A stretch of 64,000 nucleotides of DNA from assembly GCA_950097015.1 (NCBI GenBank), contig CATNEN010000038.1, positions 26,164,001-26,228,000 of the forward strand, given 5' to 3'. Made by a program: the position numbers and the translations under genes. Positions within the stretch are counted from its first letter, which is position 1. Every line of letters begins with the position of its first letter. Shown piece after piece: positions 11,637 through 24,070 of this stretch. Source of the stretch: Macrostomum hystrix. Its lineage: Eukaryota > Animalia > Platyhelminthes. A model generated the notes under the pieces. It was not told the DNA's origin. It worked only from the letters and a program-made list of their open reading frames with translations, and made no database searches.

Positions 11637-13925
11637 ATTTTTGTGGTGTTTGAAGACATCTTGATGACGGGAAAGTGCGGCAGGACGTAGATGATCATCG
11701 ATGATCTTTCCTTTTGGACTAGTATCATCGACGATTTCCAGGATCCCTTCTGCTTTGTGCTTTTCGAACTCTCCATAGTACTCTTGACGTTCCGCCTGTT
11801 AAAGACGACGGTGTGTAGCCTGAGCGCGACCCCAAGCTTGTCCGAAGTTTGATGGGAGTTGCTCCGCTCCAGGCTTGAAGGGTAATGCGACCGAGTAACG
11901 ACCGTCCGATCCACGTGTGGCTGAGTCCAGGAGGTCTTTCGTCAAAACGTCGCCTCGTGGATTGGGTTTTTCGGCCCCTCTTTCGATGCCGAGCAGCTCG
12001 AGGCTGGTCATTCGGTCGACCAGACATTCAAGGTTGTCGCGACGGGATTGTGACAGCAGTGAGTTGGCGATGAGTTGACTAGAGTTGAGAAGCCCACTGG
12101 GTCTACAGTCGTCGGTGTTTTCGAGGCAGCCTGTGAGGACGGCACCAAGCGGGGTGAGGTGCGCGGTCAGACTTTGCCGCAGTGGGATTGCAGGAACGCT
12201 CGGGCCTATTAACCGCTGAGCATAGTCGTTACCGATGAGCAAATCTAACTCAAGTTCCCCGTCTTGGGAAGGTAGGAGATTGGCTATTCCATGGGGCAAG
12301 TGTTGCAGAGTGGCCAGAATGTCGCTTGGTAGCTGGACAGCTGGTATGTGGATTGGTGGAGCGATGTGCTCGGTTGCCAGAACTCGGAGTGGTAAACGGC
12401 GGCCATCGGGTGTAGAGAGTTCGAGTTCGACGATGTCTGCAGTCACTCGGCGACGAGAGTCGGTGTGACATGAAGAGCTGTCAAGCGAGATTCGGCGATG
12501 TAAACGAAGACCGAGTTTTCGAGCCACCTCGAGTTTTATGTACGTGAAACTGCAGCCGCCATCGATGAGGACCGACACTCGCGTAGTTCCGCCGCTAGTC
12601 GGGTTTACAGCAGTGGCAGAGAATGTGGCCATGATGGACGGCCTTATCAACTCGTCGCAGGTGGAGGAGATGCAGGAGACGGTATTGAAGGTGTTATCGT
12701 TCATGGCTTTTAAGTTGGCGAATGCCGTCGGCAATGCGGCCGTCGAGTCGAGGTTGCTGTTGGCTTTCGCTGTTGAGTCGACGTGAAGAACATGCTGTGG
12801 CGGATTGAAACGCGCTCCGTGAAGTGATGTGTGGTGCAGGGCTCGACACTCGCGGCATCTGTTCCGGGAGCTACAGTTTAAGGTGGCATGGCTACGCAGG
12901 CAGTTGAGGCACAGGGCCTTGCTCCGAATAATGCAGAGCCGATCATCGGGCTTCGATGTCCTGACCGTTCGCAGTAGACGCAGATCGGTGCATGTGCACG
13001 TGACCAGCACTAGGAGTGGGTGAAGTTACGGAGCGGTTTGTGGCAGCGTTGATTCGACTAGCTCCGGCATAGGGGGCGAAACCATGTATCCACACAGCTA
13101 AGTCGAAAATGAAGACGCGCAGCACCACCTCGACTCGTGGAAAGCTCGGTCACAAATCTCAAAACCGAGTAAGACCAACATACGCTAACCTGACTGCCAG
13201 CGGCCTCCCCGCACCTGCCAGCTCAGTCGGCTCCATTGCATTCGGTGTATCTAACCAACAGGACGCTGTACAACAACTTATTGGCGCAATGGCTCAGATG
13301 ATGCAGCAGAACCAGCTGCTCGTACAACAGCTTCACATAAACCAGACCACATCCCAGCCCGAACCTCCGACGCCTCGACCGGCGTCCCTCTTCGGCGACA
13401 CAATCCTCCGCAATGTCCAACTTCAAGGTTTCGACGGTGAAGACCCAGCTAGTTTCCCTGCATTTTGGAGTTCTTTCACTTACCGCATCGACAGCTGCAA
13501 CTACACAGACGTTGTTAAATTTGAAGCTCTTCGCGGGCTTCTCGCTGGCGCTGCCCTCCGGAAACTAGGTGGTCTCGACGCCTGTCAACCGGGGGCCTAC
13601 AACCAAGCCTGCCGTATTCTCCAAGCTAATTATGGCGACCTGTGGGAGCAGAAGAGCAGAATCGACCACCAGAGCCTGGAGGAATTTTCAGACACACTTC
13701 GCCTCACAGTCGGCCAGCTAACTCGCCTCGGTGAAACCAGTGCCGCCCTGGATCCCTACGTGCATGCACTGTGGCCAAAGCTTCCACCGGCACTCCAATC
13801 AGATATCCAGGATGTGCGTTGTAAGTCGTTGCAACCGCTAATTCCAACAATGCAAGAGCTCCAAGGACACCTCGACAACAAGCTTCGAGCCATCCGTGCC
13901 TCGCAAGCCAACTACACATCAGCTG
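11635..13925. mobile_element. Degenerate Bel/Pao LTR retrotransposon fragment (gag, aspartic protease, start of RT)
   Basis: Plus strand 13109-13924 encodes a DUF1759-like gag N-terminus (FDGEDPASFPAFWSSF...KFEALRGLLAGAA). Minus strand 13095-11635 encodes zinc knuckles (CVYCERSGH; CLNCLRSHATLNC; CRECRALHHTSLH), the protease (VLIDGGCSFTYI...LLIGND), GRYSVALPFK and YVLPHFPVIKMSSNTTKI. Stops and frameshifts are present. Confidence 0.9.
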
Positions 13926-14185
13926 CATACTTTAGTGCGCTCTGCTACCAGTTTGTCGCTTGGGACAAAATTTCCTTGCTTTAACTTGTATTAAGAAAGT
14001 GAAAAGCATTTGGTCCGAAGATCTAGTGGGCTTAGTGCGCACTAGAAGCAACTAAAGGGGAACTCTACCGAGAAAGGAATTAAAAACATAGACAACGATT
14101 GAGTTAACAAGGGGGCGGGGCAGGATGCGTAGTCTATGGGCTAAAAGGACGATAGAAAGCGAAACAATTAAAGTGCAGTGAAACG

Positions 14186-14235
14186 CACAGATTCTATACT
14201 ACCTATAGTATAGAATCTGTAATATAGAATCTGTG
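14186..14235. mobile_element. 50-bp miniature DNA transposon (P/hAT-like termini) with 8-bp TSD
   Basis: TIR CACAGATTCTATA...TATAGAATCTGTG; GTGAAACG duplicated at 14178-14185 and 14236-14243. Confidence 0.8.
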
Positions 14236-14666
14236 GTGAAACGTACTGATTAACTAATTGGTGAGCAAGAGAGAAAAGAGGAGAGTCGAAGGAAACAACG
14301 AGAAGGTTTTCTGGAGGAAGCATTTCCGACAGGAGCTCTTAAAGTCTCATAAATAGTCCCAAAGCATCGATTGGGCTGTAAACTGAAGCGAGCAAATTGC
14401 AGAGCATAAAAATAAGCCATCAATCAATATTAATCTGCCTAATGCAATCCCCAACATACGAACCCCAAGAGCTGAACGAAACAGGACAGGCCTGGCTACT
14501 GTCTAATTCGAGTGGGGGGGAATTAAGATAATTAAGAGGAATGAGAATGAGATTGTGAGACTACAAGTAATAGGGATGGATAGTGAATTAGTGAATTTAA
14601 ATTGCACCCAGTTCAGTGCTGCTCTTTTAAAGGCTGTGTACATCTGTTTAGTCCATGGACAGAAAC

Positions 14667-14743
14667 GAGAATGAAAATGAGAGTGAGAATGAGAGTGAGA
14701 GTGGGAGTAAGAGTGAGAGTGAGGGTGAGAGTTAGAATGAGTT

Positions 14744-14778
<35 letters not shown>

Positions 14779-15205
14779 TTGAGGGTGAGAGTGAGAGTGA
14801 GATTGAGGATGAGAGTGAGAGTGAGAATGAGAGTGAGAGTGAGAATTAGACTGAGAGTGAGAGTTAGAGTGAGAGTGAGAGTGGGAGTAAGAGTGAGAGT
14901 GAGGGTGAGAGTTAGAATGAGTTTGAGAGTGAGTGTGAGAGTGAGGGTGAGAGTGAGATTGAGGGTGAGAGTGAGAGTGAGATTGAGGATGAGAGTGAGA
15001 GTGAGAATGAGAGTGAGAGTGAGAATTAGACTGAGAGTGAGAGTGAGAGTGAGAGTGGGAGTAAGAGTGAGAGTGAGGGTGAGAGTTAGAATGAGTTTGA
15101 GAGTGAGAGTGAGATTGAGGGTGAGAGTGAGATTGAGGGTGAGAGTGAGAGTGAGATTGAGGATGAGAGTGAGAGTGAGAATGAGAGTGAGAGTGAGAAT
15201 TAGAC

Positions 15206-15242
<37 letters not shown>

Positions 15243-15294
15243 TAGAATGAGTTTGAGAGTGAGAGTGAGATTGAGGGTGAGAGTGAGATTGAGG

Positions 15295-15342
<48 letters not shown>

Positions 15343-15561
15343 ATGAGAGTGAGAGTGAGAGTGAGATTGAGGATGAGAGTGAGAGTGAGAGTGAGAATGA
15401 GAGTGAGAGTGAAAATTAGAGTGAGAGTGAGAGTGAGAGTGAGATTGAGGATGAGAGTAAGAGTGAGAGTGAGAATGAGAGTGAGAGTGAGAGTGAGAGT
15501 GAGAATGAGAGTGAGATTGAGGATGAGAGTGAGAGTGAGAGTGAGAATGAGAGTGAGAGTT

Positions 15562-15636
<75 letters not shown>

Positions 15637-15660
15637 ATTAGAGTGAGAGTGAGAGTGAAA
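14667..15660. repeat. (GAGAGT)n hexamer satellite
   Basis: Direct inspection. Confidence 0.95.
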
Positions 15661-16039
15661 GAGCAACAAACACACAAATCATGTGTGTTAAATAAAAATG
15701 CGAAATGGCACAGAACCATTGATGGCGATGAAATCAATGGAGTCATGGGAAATTGACAGTATTGAAAGTACATTAGCTGTCGGGCGCCAACTGTTTCTGT
15801 GACAGGAAGTGAAATTTTGAAAACTGATGATTTTCTATCTGTAGCAAATTGATGCATGCATAGAAGGCTGCTGTGTGCAAAGTGGTCTGTGATGGACCAA
15901 CAGTATATCGTCTGCATGACTGCCAAAATACCAGCTGAAAGTTATTTTAAGTCTGCAGACCAGCTGTTCTGCATTTGGGCGGAGCAGCAGATTTGGCTGA
16001 TTCTGCTGCTAATATATTCAAAGGGCACGAGAGGACATT

Positions 16040-16350
16040 GGGAGTGCGTGGCAGGGCGAGAGAATGGGAGAGAGTAACGAAGTGACATTGGCAGTGAGTG
16101 ACAGGGTGGGAGAATCGAAGAGAGTAACGGAGTGACATTGGCAGTGAGTGACAGGGTGAGAGAATCGAAGAGAGTAACGGAGTGACATTGGCAGTGAGTG
16201 GCAGGGTGAGAGAATGGGAGAGAGTAACGAAGTGACATTGGCAGTGAGTGACAGGGTGGGAGAATCGAAGAGAGTAACGGAGTGACATTGGCAGTGAGTG
16301 ACGGGGTGAGAAAATGGAAGAGAGTGACAAAGTGATATTGGCAGTGACTG
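16040..16350. repeat. 50-bp minisatellite, about 6 units
   Basis: AGAGTAACGGAGTGACATTGGCAGTGAGTGACAGGGTGAGAGAATCGAAG. Confidence 0.9.
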
Positions 16351-16732
16351 GCAAAGACAGCGCGAGGCAAAGAGAAGCAAATGATGTCTTACCCGAGTAG
16401 AAATGCACGTTCAGCAGATGATAAAAAATCACGCCAAACAAAGCACCTACTTCACCTAAAAAATCCATTATATATATGCCTGGGCGCATTTTTTTACATT
16501 TTAGCAGCGATTGACGTGGACAAGGCAAGCGAAAGTTGCGTCGCATCGCATTTTCGCAGCAAGTATATTCTGTGTTTTACTACCTTACCTTAAAACAATA
16601 TAATGGGCTGTAATAAAAAGTTTTTAGCATAAAAAAATATACGCCAGGGGAATTATGCGGGAGTTAAATTTTCTACTGATTATTCATCGCGCTATGGTAC
16701 TGTAAAAAACATTCAGAACATGCTGCTTTTAT

Positions 16733-17215
16733 CACACTCTTCCCCTCTCCCTCCCACACTCTTCCTCTCTCCCTTCCACTCTTCCCCACTCCATCCCACA
16801 CTCTTCCCCTCTCCCTCCCACACTCTTCCCCTCTCCCTTCCACTCTTCCCCACTCCATCCCACACTCTTCCCCTCTCCCTCCCACACTCTTCCCCTCTCC
16901 CTTCCACTCTTCCCCACTCCATCCCACACTCTTCCCCTCTCCCTCCCACACTCTTCCCCTCTCCCTCCCACACTCTTCCCCTCTCCCTCCCACACACTTC
17001 CCGTCTCCCTACCACACACTTCCCGTCTCCCTCCCACACTCTTTCCCTCTCCTTTTCACACACTTCCCGTCTCCCTACCACACACTTCCCGTCTCCCTAC
17101 CACACACTTCCCGTCTCCCTACCACACACTTCCCGTCTCCCTACCACACACTTCCCGTCTCCCTACCACACACTTCCCGTCTCCCTACCACACACTTCCC
17201 GTCTCCCTACCACAA
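16733..17215. repeat. C-rich minisatellite of about 22 bp, with two sub-families
   Basis: CACACTCTTCCCCTCTCCCTCC grading into CACACACTTCCCGTCTCCCTAC. Confidence 0.9.
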
Positions 17216-17839
17216 CACTCATTAATTCCCCTACAAACTGCTTTAATCCCACTCTATTCGGAACTCAAACACTTTCAACCCGCAGTCTTCATCCAACTAA
17301 TCCCTCCCCTCCTACTCTTCATTCTTCGATCAGCCTCTACTCCAATATTCTCTATTCATCATCCGTTGTAGCAGAAACGCATTCTAAAGCCCAACTATAA
17401 ACATGTCACAGTCACTCATGTCCTCATTCTGGGATTTTGTGTAGAAATTCTCCCATTTAGCAATGCTGCTCGGGTCGTTGTCCTTCTCTGATCTGCAGTG
17501 TCACGGAGACAAGCATAAAAATGTTTTAACGCTTCTAATATATACAGCATATAGATATATAAATTAATCCCAGATTCTTACAGTTCCCAAGGGTCGGGTC
17601 ACAGCAAATATAATTACAACCACTGGAATAGGGCCGTAAAAAACCACTAGCTTAAAAGTACATTAATAAATAGCTTACATTTTTTGCTACGTGTAGGCAG
17701 AAACTCTGATACTTGTTACATACAATGCACCGTGGTTTTTAAGACGGTTATAGCAATGTTGCAGTAAAACCCAAATTTTAGACACATTGACAGAAGGAAT
17801 ATGCAGCGTCAGTCCTAGATTACAAACTATCTCTTGCGT

Positions 17840-19295
17840 ATCCTACACTTTCTCATCCTTATCCTTGACTTTCTGAGCCTTATCCCAGACTTACTGATCC
17901 TTTTTCTTGGACTTTCTCATCCTCTATCCTACACTTTCTCATCCTTATCCTTGACTTTCTGAGCCTTATCCAAGTCTTACTGATCCTTTTTCTTGGACTT
18001 TCTCATCCTCTATCCTACACTTTCTCATCCTTATCCTTGACTTTCTGAGCCTTATCCAAGTCTTACTGATCCTTTTTCTTGGACTTTCTCATCCTCTATC
18101 CTACACTTTCTCATCCTTATCCTTGACTTTCTGATCCTTATCCTACACTTTCTCATCCTTATCCTTGACTTTCTCATCCTTATCCATGACTTTCTGATCC
18201 TTATCCTACACTTTCTCATCCTTATCCTTGACTTTCTCATCCTTATCCTTGACTTTCTGATCCTTATCCTAGACTTTCTCATCCTTATCCTACACTTTCT
18301 CATCCTTATCCTACACTTTCTCATCCTTATCCTACACTTTCTCATCCTTATCCTTGACTTTCTCATCCTTATCCTACACTTTCTCATCCTTATTCTAGAC
18401 TTTCTCATCCTTATCCTAGACTTTCTCATCCTTATCCTAGACTTTCTCATCCTTATCCTAGACTTTCTCATCCTTATCCTAGACTTTCTCATTCTTATCC
18501 TAAACTTTATCATCCTTATCCATGACTTTCTGATCCTTATCCTAGACTTTCTCATCCTTATCCTAGACTTTCTCATCCTTATCCTAGACTTTCTCATCCT
18601 TATCCTAGACTTTCTCATTCTTATCCTAAACTTTATCATCCTTATCCATGACTTTCTGATCCTTATCCTAGACTTTCTCATCCTTATCCTACACTTTCTC
18701 ATCCTTATCCTAGGCTTTCTCATTCTTATCCAAAACTTTCTCATCCTTATCCTACACTTTCTCATCCTTATCCTAGACTTTCTCATTCTTATCCTAAACT
18801 TTATCATCCTTATCCATGACTTTCTGATCCTTATCCTAGTCTTTCTCATCCTTATCCTACACTTTCTCATCCTTATCCTAGGCTTTCTCATTCTTATCCA
18901 AAACTTTCTCATCCTTATCCTACACTTTCTCATCCTTATCCTAGACTTTCTCATTCTTATCCTAAACTTTCTCATCCTTATCCTAGACTTTCTCATCCTT
19001 ATCCTACACTTTCTCATCCTTATCCTAGGCTTTCTCATTCTTATGCAAAACTTTCTCATCCTTATCCTACACTTTCTCATCCTTATCCTAGACTTTCTCA
19101 TCCTTATCCTAGACTTTCTCATCCTTATCCTAGACTTTCTCATTCTTATCCTAAACTTTCTCATCCTTATCCTACACTTTCTCATCCTTATCCTAGACTT
19201 TCTCATCCTTATCCTAGACTTTCTCATCCTTATCCTAGACTTTCTCATTCTTATCCTAAACTTTCTCATCCTTATCCATGACTTTCTGATCCTCA
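17840..19295. repeat. 21-bp minisatellite (CCTTATCCTAGACTTTCTCAT)n with an 86-bp higher-order unit at its left end
   Basis: CTTACTGATC recurs at 17890, 17976 and 18062. Confidence 0.95.
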
Positions 19296-19828
19296 TCGTA
19301 GACTCATCGCGATTTATCTGAGTTATATTTATTCCAGTCTATGCAGTTATCCCAGCATAGGCGCAGTTGTAATGTTATTTCAGCTAAAAGTACAAACGCA
19401 GGTTAATAAAACAGACTGTTTTATTACTCTTAACAGCTGCATTGGAACTAACTGTAGAGAACCTAATAAATATAAAATGCAACTTTTAATCGCAAAGTAC
19501 ATGAGCAGCAAAGGCAGCTAGTTAAGAAATGGCCAGCTACCAAGCCAAATAGAAACTGCTAATGAAGGGGCGGCTGTTGTCTTCAAGGTTTGACAAAACT
19601 GAGCGTTTTCCTGGAAAAGGCTGGCTGAATCCCGGACGAAATTATGCAAATTTCTTTGCAATGCGAACAGCGGCAATAAATTATTATTATTTCCCCTACT
19701 TAAAGTGTAGAAATCAGCGGCAGACGTCAAATACTCGTTCAAATGTCACATATCAGCCCGCTTTGCCTCTATTAGAAATAAATGCAAGCAAAATGCGGAA
19801 ATTACACTTGGATCGTAACAGCAAAAGC

Positions 19829-22800
19829 ATCTGGGAGAGTGACAGCATGAGGATCTGGGAGAGTGACAGCATGAGGATCTGGGAGAGTGACAGCGTGAGG
19901 ATCTGGGAGAGTGACAGCATGAGGATTTGAGAGTAACAGCATGAGGATCTGGGAGAGTGACAGCATGAGGATTTGAGAGTGTCAGCATGAGGATCTGGGA
20001 GAGTGTCAGCATGAGGATTTGAGAGTGACAGCATGAGGATCTGGGAGAGTGACAGCATGAGGATTTGAGAGAGTGTCAGCATGAGGATCTGGGAGAGTGA
20101 CAGCGTGAGGATCTGGGAGAGTGACAGCATGAGGATTTGAGAGTAACAGCATGAGGATCTGGGAGAGTGTCAGCATGAGGATTTGAGAGTGACAGCATGA
20201 GGATCTGGGAGAGTGTCAGCATGAGGATTTGAGAGTGACAGCATGAGGATCTGGGAGAGTGACAGCATGAGGATTTGAGAGTGACAGCATGAGGATCTGG
20301 GAGAGTGACAGCGTGAGGATCTGGGAGAGTGACAGCATGAGGATTTGAGAGTAACAGCATGAGGATCTGGGAGAGTGACAGCATGAGGATTTGAGAGTAA
20401 CAGCATGAGGATCTGGGAGAGTGACAGCATGAGGATTTGAGAGTGTCAGCATGAGGATCTGGGAGAGTGTCAGCATGAGGATCTGGGAGAGTGTCAGCAT
20501 GAGGATTTGAGAGTGACAGCATGAGGATCTGGGAGAGTGACAGCATGAGGATTTGAGAGTGACAGCATGAGGATCTGGGAGAGTGACAGCATGAGGATCT
20601 GGGAGAGTGACAGCATGAGGATCTGGGAGAGTGACAGCATGAGGATCTGGGAGAGTGACAGCATGAGGATCTGGGAGAGTGACAGCATGAGGATCTGGGA
20701 GAGTGACAGCATGAGGATTTGAGAGAGTGTCAGCATGAGGATCTGGGAAAGTGACAGCATGAGGATCTGAGAGAGTGTCAGCATGAGGATCTGGGAAAGT
20801 GACAGCATGAGGATCTGGGAGAGTGACAGCATGAGGATCTGGGAGAGTGACAGCGTGAGGATCTGGGAGAGTGACAGCATGAGGATTTGAGAGTAACAGC
20901 ATGAGGATCTGGGAGAGTGACAGCATGAGGATTTGAGAGTGTCAGCATGAGGATCTGGGAGAGTGTCAGCATGAGGATTTGAGAGTGACAGCATGAGGAT
21001 CTGGGAGAGTGACAGCATGAGGATTTGAGAGAGTGTCAGCATGAGGATCTGGGAGAGTGACAGCGTGAGGATCTGGGAGAGTGACAGCATGAGGATTTGA
21101 GAGTAACAGCATGAGGATCTGGGAGAGTGTCAGCATGAGGATTTGAGAGTGACAGCATGAGGATCTGGGAGAGTGTCAGCATGAGGATTTGAGAGTGACA
21201 GCATGAGGATCTGGGAGAGTGACAGCATGAGGATTTGAGAGTGACAGCATGAGGATCTGGGAGAGTGACAGCGTGAGGATCTGGGAGAGTGACAGCATGA
21301 GGATTTGAGAGTAACAGCATGAGGATCTGGGAGAGTGACAGCATGAGGATTTGAGAGTAACAGCATGAGGATCTGGGAGAGTGACAGCATGAGGATTTGA
21401 GAGTGTCAGCATGAGGATCTGGGAGAGTGTCAGCATGAGGATCTGGGAGAGTGTCAGCATGAGGATTTGAGAGTGACAGCATGAGGATCTGGGAGAGTGA
21501 CAGCATGAGGATTTGAGAGTGACAGCATGAGGATCTGGGAGAGTGACAGCATGAGGATCTGGGAGAGTGACAGCATGAGGATCTGGGAGAGTGACAGCAT
21601 GAGGATCTGGGAGAGTGACAGCATGAGGATCTGGGAGAGTGACAGCATGAGGATCTGGGAGAGTGACAGCATGAGGATTTGAGAGAGTGTCAGCATGAGG
21701 ATCTGGGAAAGTGACAGCATGAGGATCTGAGAGAGTGTCAGCATGAGGATCTGGGAAAGTGACAGCATGAGGATCTGGGAGAGTGTCAGCATGAGGATCT
21801 GGGAGAGTGTCAGCATGAGGATTTGAGAGTGACAGCATGAGGATCTGGGAGAGTGACAGCATGAGGATCTGGGAGAGTGACAGCATGAGGATTTGACAGA
21901 GTGTCAGCATGAGGATCTGGGAGAGTGACAGCATGAGGATCTGGGAGAGTGACAGCATGAGGATCTGGGAGAGTGACAGCATGAGGATTTGAGAGAGTGT
22001 CAGCATGAGGATCTGGGAGAGTGACAGCATGAGGATCTGGGAGAGTGACAGCATGAGGATCTGGGAGAGTGACAGCATGAGGATCTGGGAGAGTGACAGC
22101 ATGAGGATTTGAGAGAGTGTCAGCATGAGGATCTGGGAAAGTGACAGCATGAGGATCTGGGAGAGTGTCAGCATGAGGATTTGAGAGTGACAGCATGAGG
22201 ATCTGGGAGAGTGACAGCATGAGGATTTGAGAGAGTGTCAGCATGAGGATCTGGGAGAGTGACAGCATGAGGATCTGGGAGAGTGACAGCATGAGGATCT
22301 GGGAGAGTGACAGCATGAGGATTTGAGAGAGTGTCAGCATGAGGATCTGGGAGAGTGACAGCATGAGGATTTGAGAGAGTGTCAGCATGAGGATCTGGGA
22401 GAGTGACAGTATGAGGATCTGGGAGAGTGTCAGCATGAGGATCTGGGAGAGTGACAGCATGAGGATTTGAGAGAGTGTCAGCATGAGGATCTGGGAGAGT
22501 GACAGCATGAGGATCTGGGAGAGTGACAGCATGAGGATCTGGGAGAGTGACAGCATGAGGATCTGGGAGAGTGACAGCATGAGGATTTGAGAGAGTGTCA
22601 GCATGAGGATCTGGGAAAGTGACAGCATGAGGATCTGGGAGAGTGTCAGCATGAGGATTTGAGAGTGACAGCATGAGGATCTGGGAGAGTGACAGCATGA
22701 GGATTTGAGAGAGTGTCAGCATGAGGATCTGGGAGAGTGACAGCATGAGGATCTGGGAGAGTGACAGCATGAGGATCTGGGAGAGTGACAGCATGAGGAT

Positions 22801-23306
22801 TTGAGAGAGTGTCAGCATGAGGATCTGGGAGAGTGACAGCATGAGGATTTGAGAGAGTGTCAGCATGAGGATCTGGGAGAGTGACAGTATGAGGATCTGG
22901 GAGAGTGTCAGCATGAGGATCTGGGAGAGTGACAGCATGAGGATCTGGGAGAGTGACAGCATGAGGATCTGGGAGAGTGACAGCATGAGGATTTGAGAGA
23001 GTGTCAGCATGAGGATCTGGGAAAGTGACAGCATGAGGATCTGGGAGAGTGTCAGCATGAGGATCTGGGAGAGTGTCAGCATGAGGATTTGAGAGTGACA
23101 GCATGAGGATCTGGGAGAGTGACAGCATGAGGATTTGAGAGAGTGTCAGCATGAGGATCTGGGAGAGTGACAGTATGAGGATCTGGGAGAGTGTCAGCAT
23201 GAGGATCTGGGAGAGTGTCAGCATGAGGATCTGGGAGAGTGACAGCACGAGGATTTGAGAGAGTGTCAGCATGAGGATCTGGGAGAGTGACAGCATGAGG
23301 ATCTGG
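19829..23306. repeat. 24/22-bp minisatellite (GATCTGGGAGAGTGACAGCATGAG)n, 3.5 kb
   Basis: Direct inspection; 960-bp and 478-bp block duplications. Confidence 0.97.
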
Positions 23307-24070
23307 TAGTGATGAAATAAGCAACAAAATGTACACAATCTATAAATTGTTGAAGCGAACTACACATCAGTGGGATGAGAAAGTGGCAGATCACAGTTTG
23401 AGCAAGTATTTTGAACCTTTGTATTTCGTGTGTTTGAGTGCGTTTATGGCAATAGTGATTGATTTATAGTGCAAAACTAAAAAAACTATTTAAAACATTT
23501 TTTCTCCGAAACAGAAATATCATAGCAATAATCGGAATTGTTCGGATAAAAAGCTTGGCAAACGAAGTGTGTACTTTAAGTACAATTAAATTTTAGAGCA
23601 CAATATAATTAAAAATATACAAAAAATAAGAATAATTAACCGATGTGCAACAAAAAACTTTTAAGAATATAAGAAATAAAAATGCTTATCAAATTCATCC
23701 TTTAATGGTTTGTAGATTGGTACACAAAATATTAAATTAGGCACAGCCAAATAATACTTGTAGACTTACTTTGTAAAATGTCAATAATTACCTAGTAATA
23801 TAAATTCCAAAGCTTAAAATTTTACATTTTTCAAATCTACTTAGAAAATGAATTACTATGTATACACAAATGGAAATATATTTCGGTCAATCAATAAACA
23901 TATTTGTCGAGAATGAATAAAAAAACAACTCATTAAATATGCTAGTTTAAGTGTGATTGTTAGTTTTTGCAGACAAAATTAGCTGGTCATGAAAGGTCGC
24001 AGACATCGTAGACAAACTACAAATATAAATAATATCTATAAAAGTAAAATCAATAACTTTTATTTAATCA

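Noticed and set aside
14503-15926. (SH)n, (RV)n and (LT)n ORFs resembling His-rich or basic proteins
   Set aside because: Stop-free frames of a (GAGAGT)n satellite; no splice or start context.
18052-19296. Protamine-like (IRMRKSR)n 414-aa ORF
   Set aside because: A 21-bp repeat is automatically 7-aa periodic; there is no unique coding sequence or other gene evidence.
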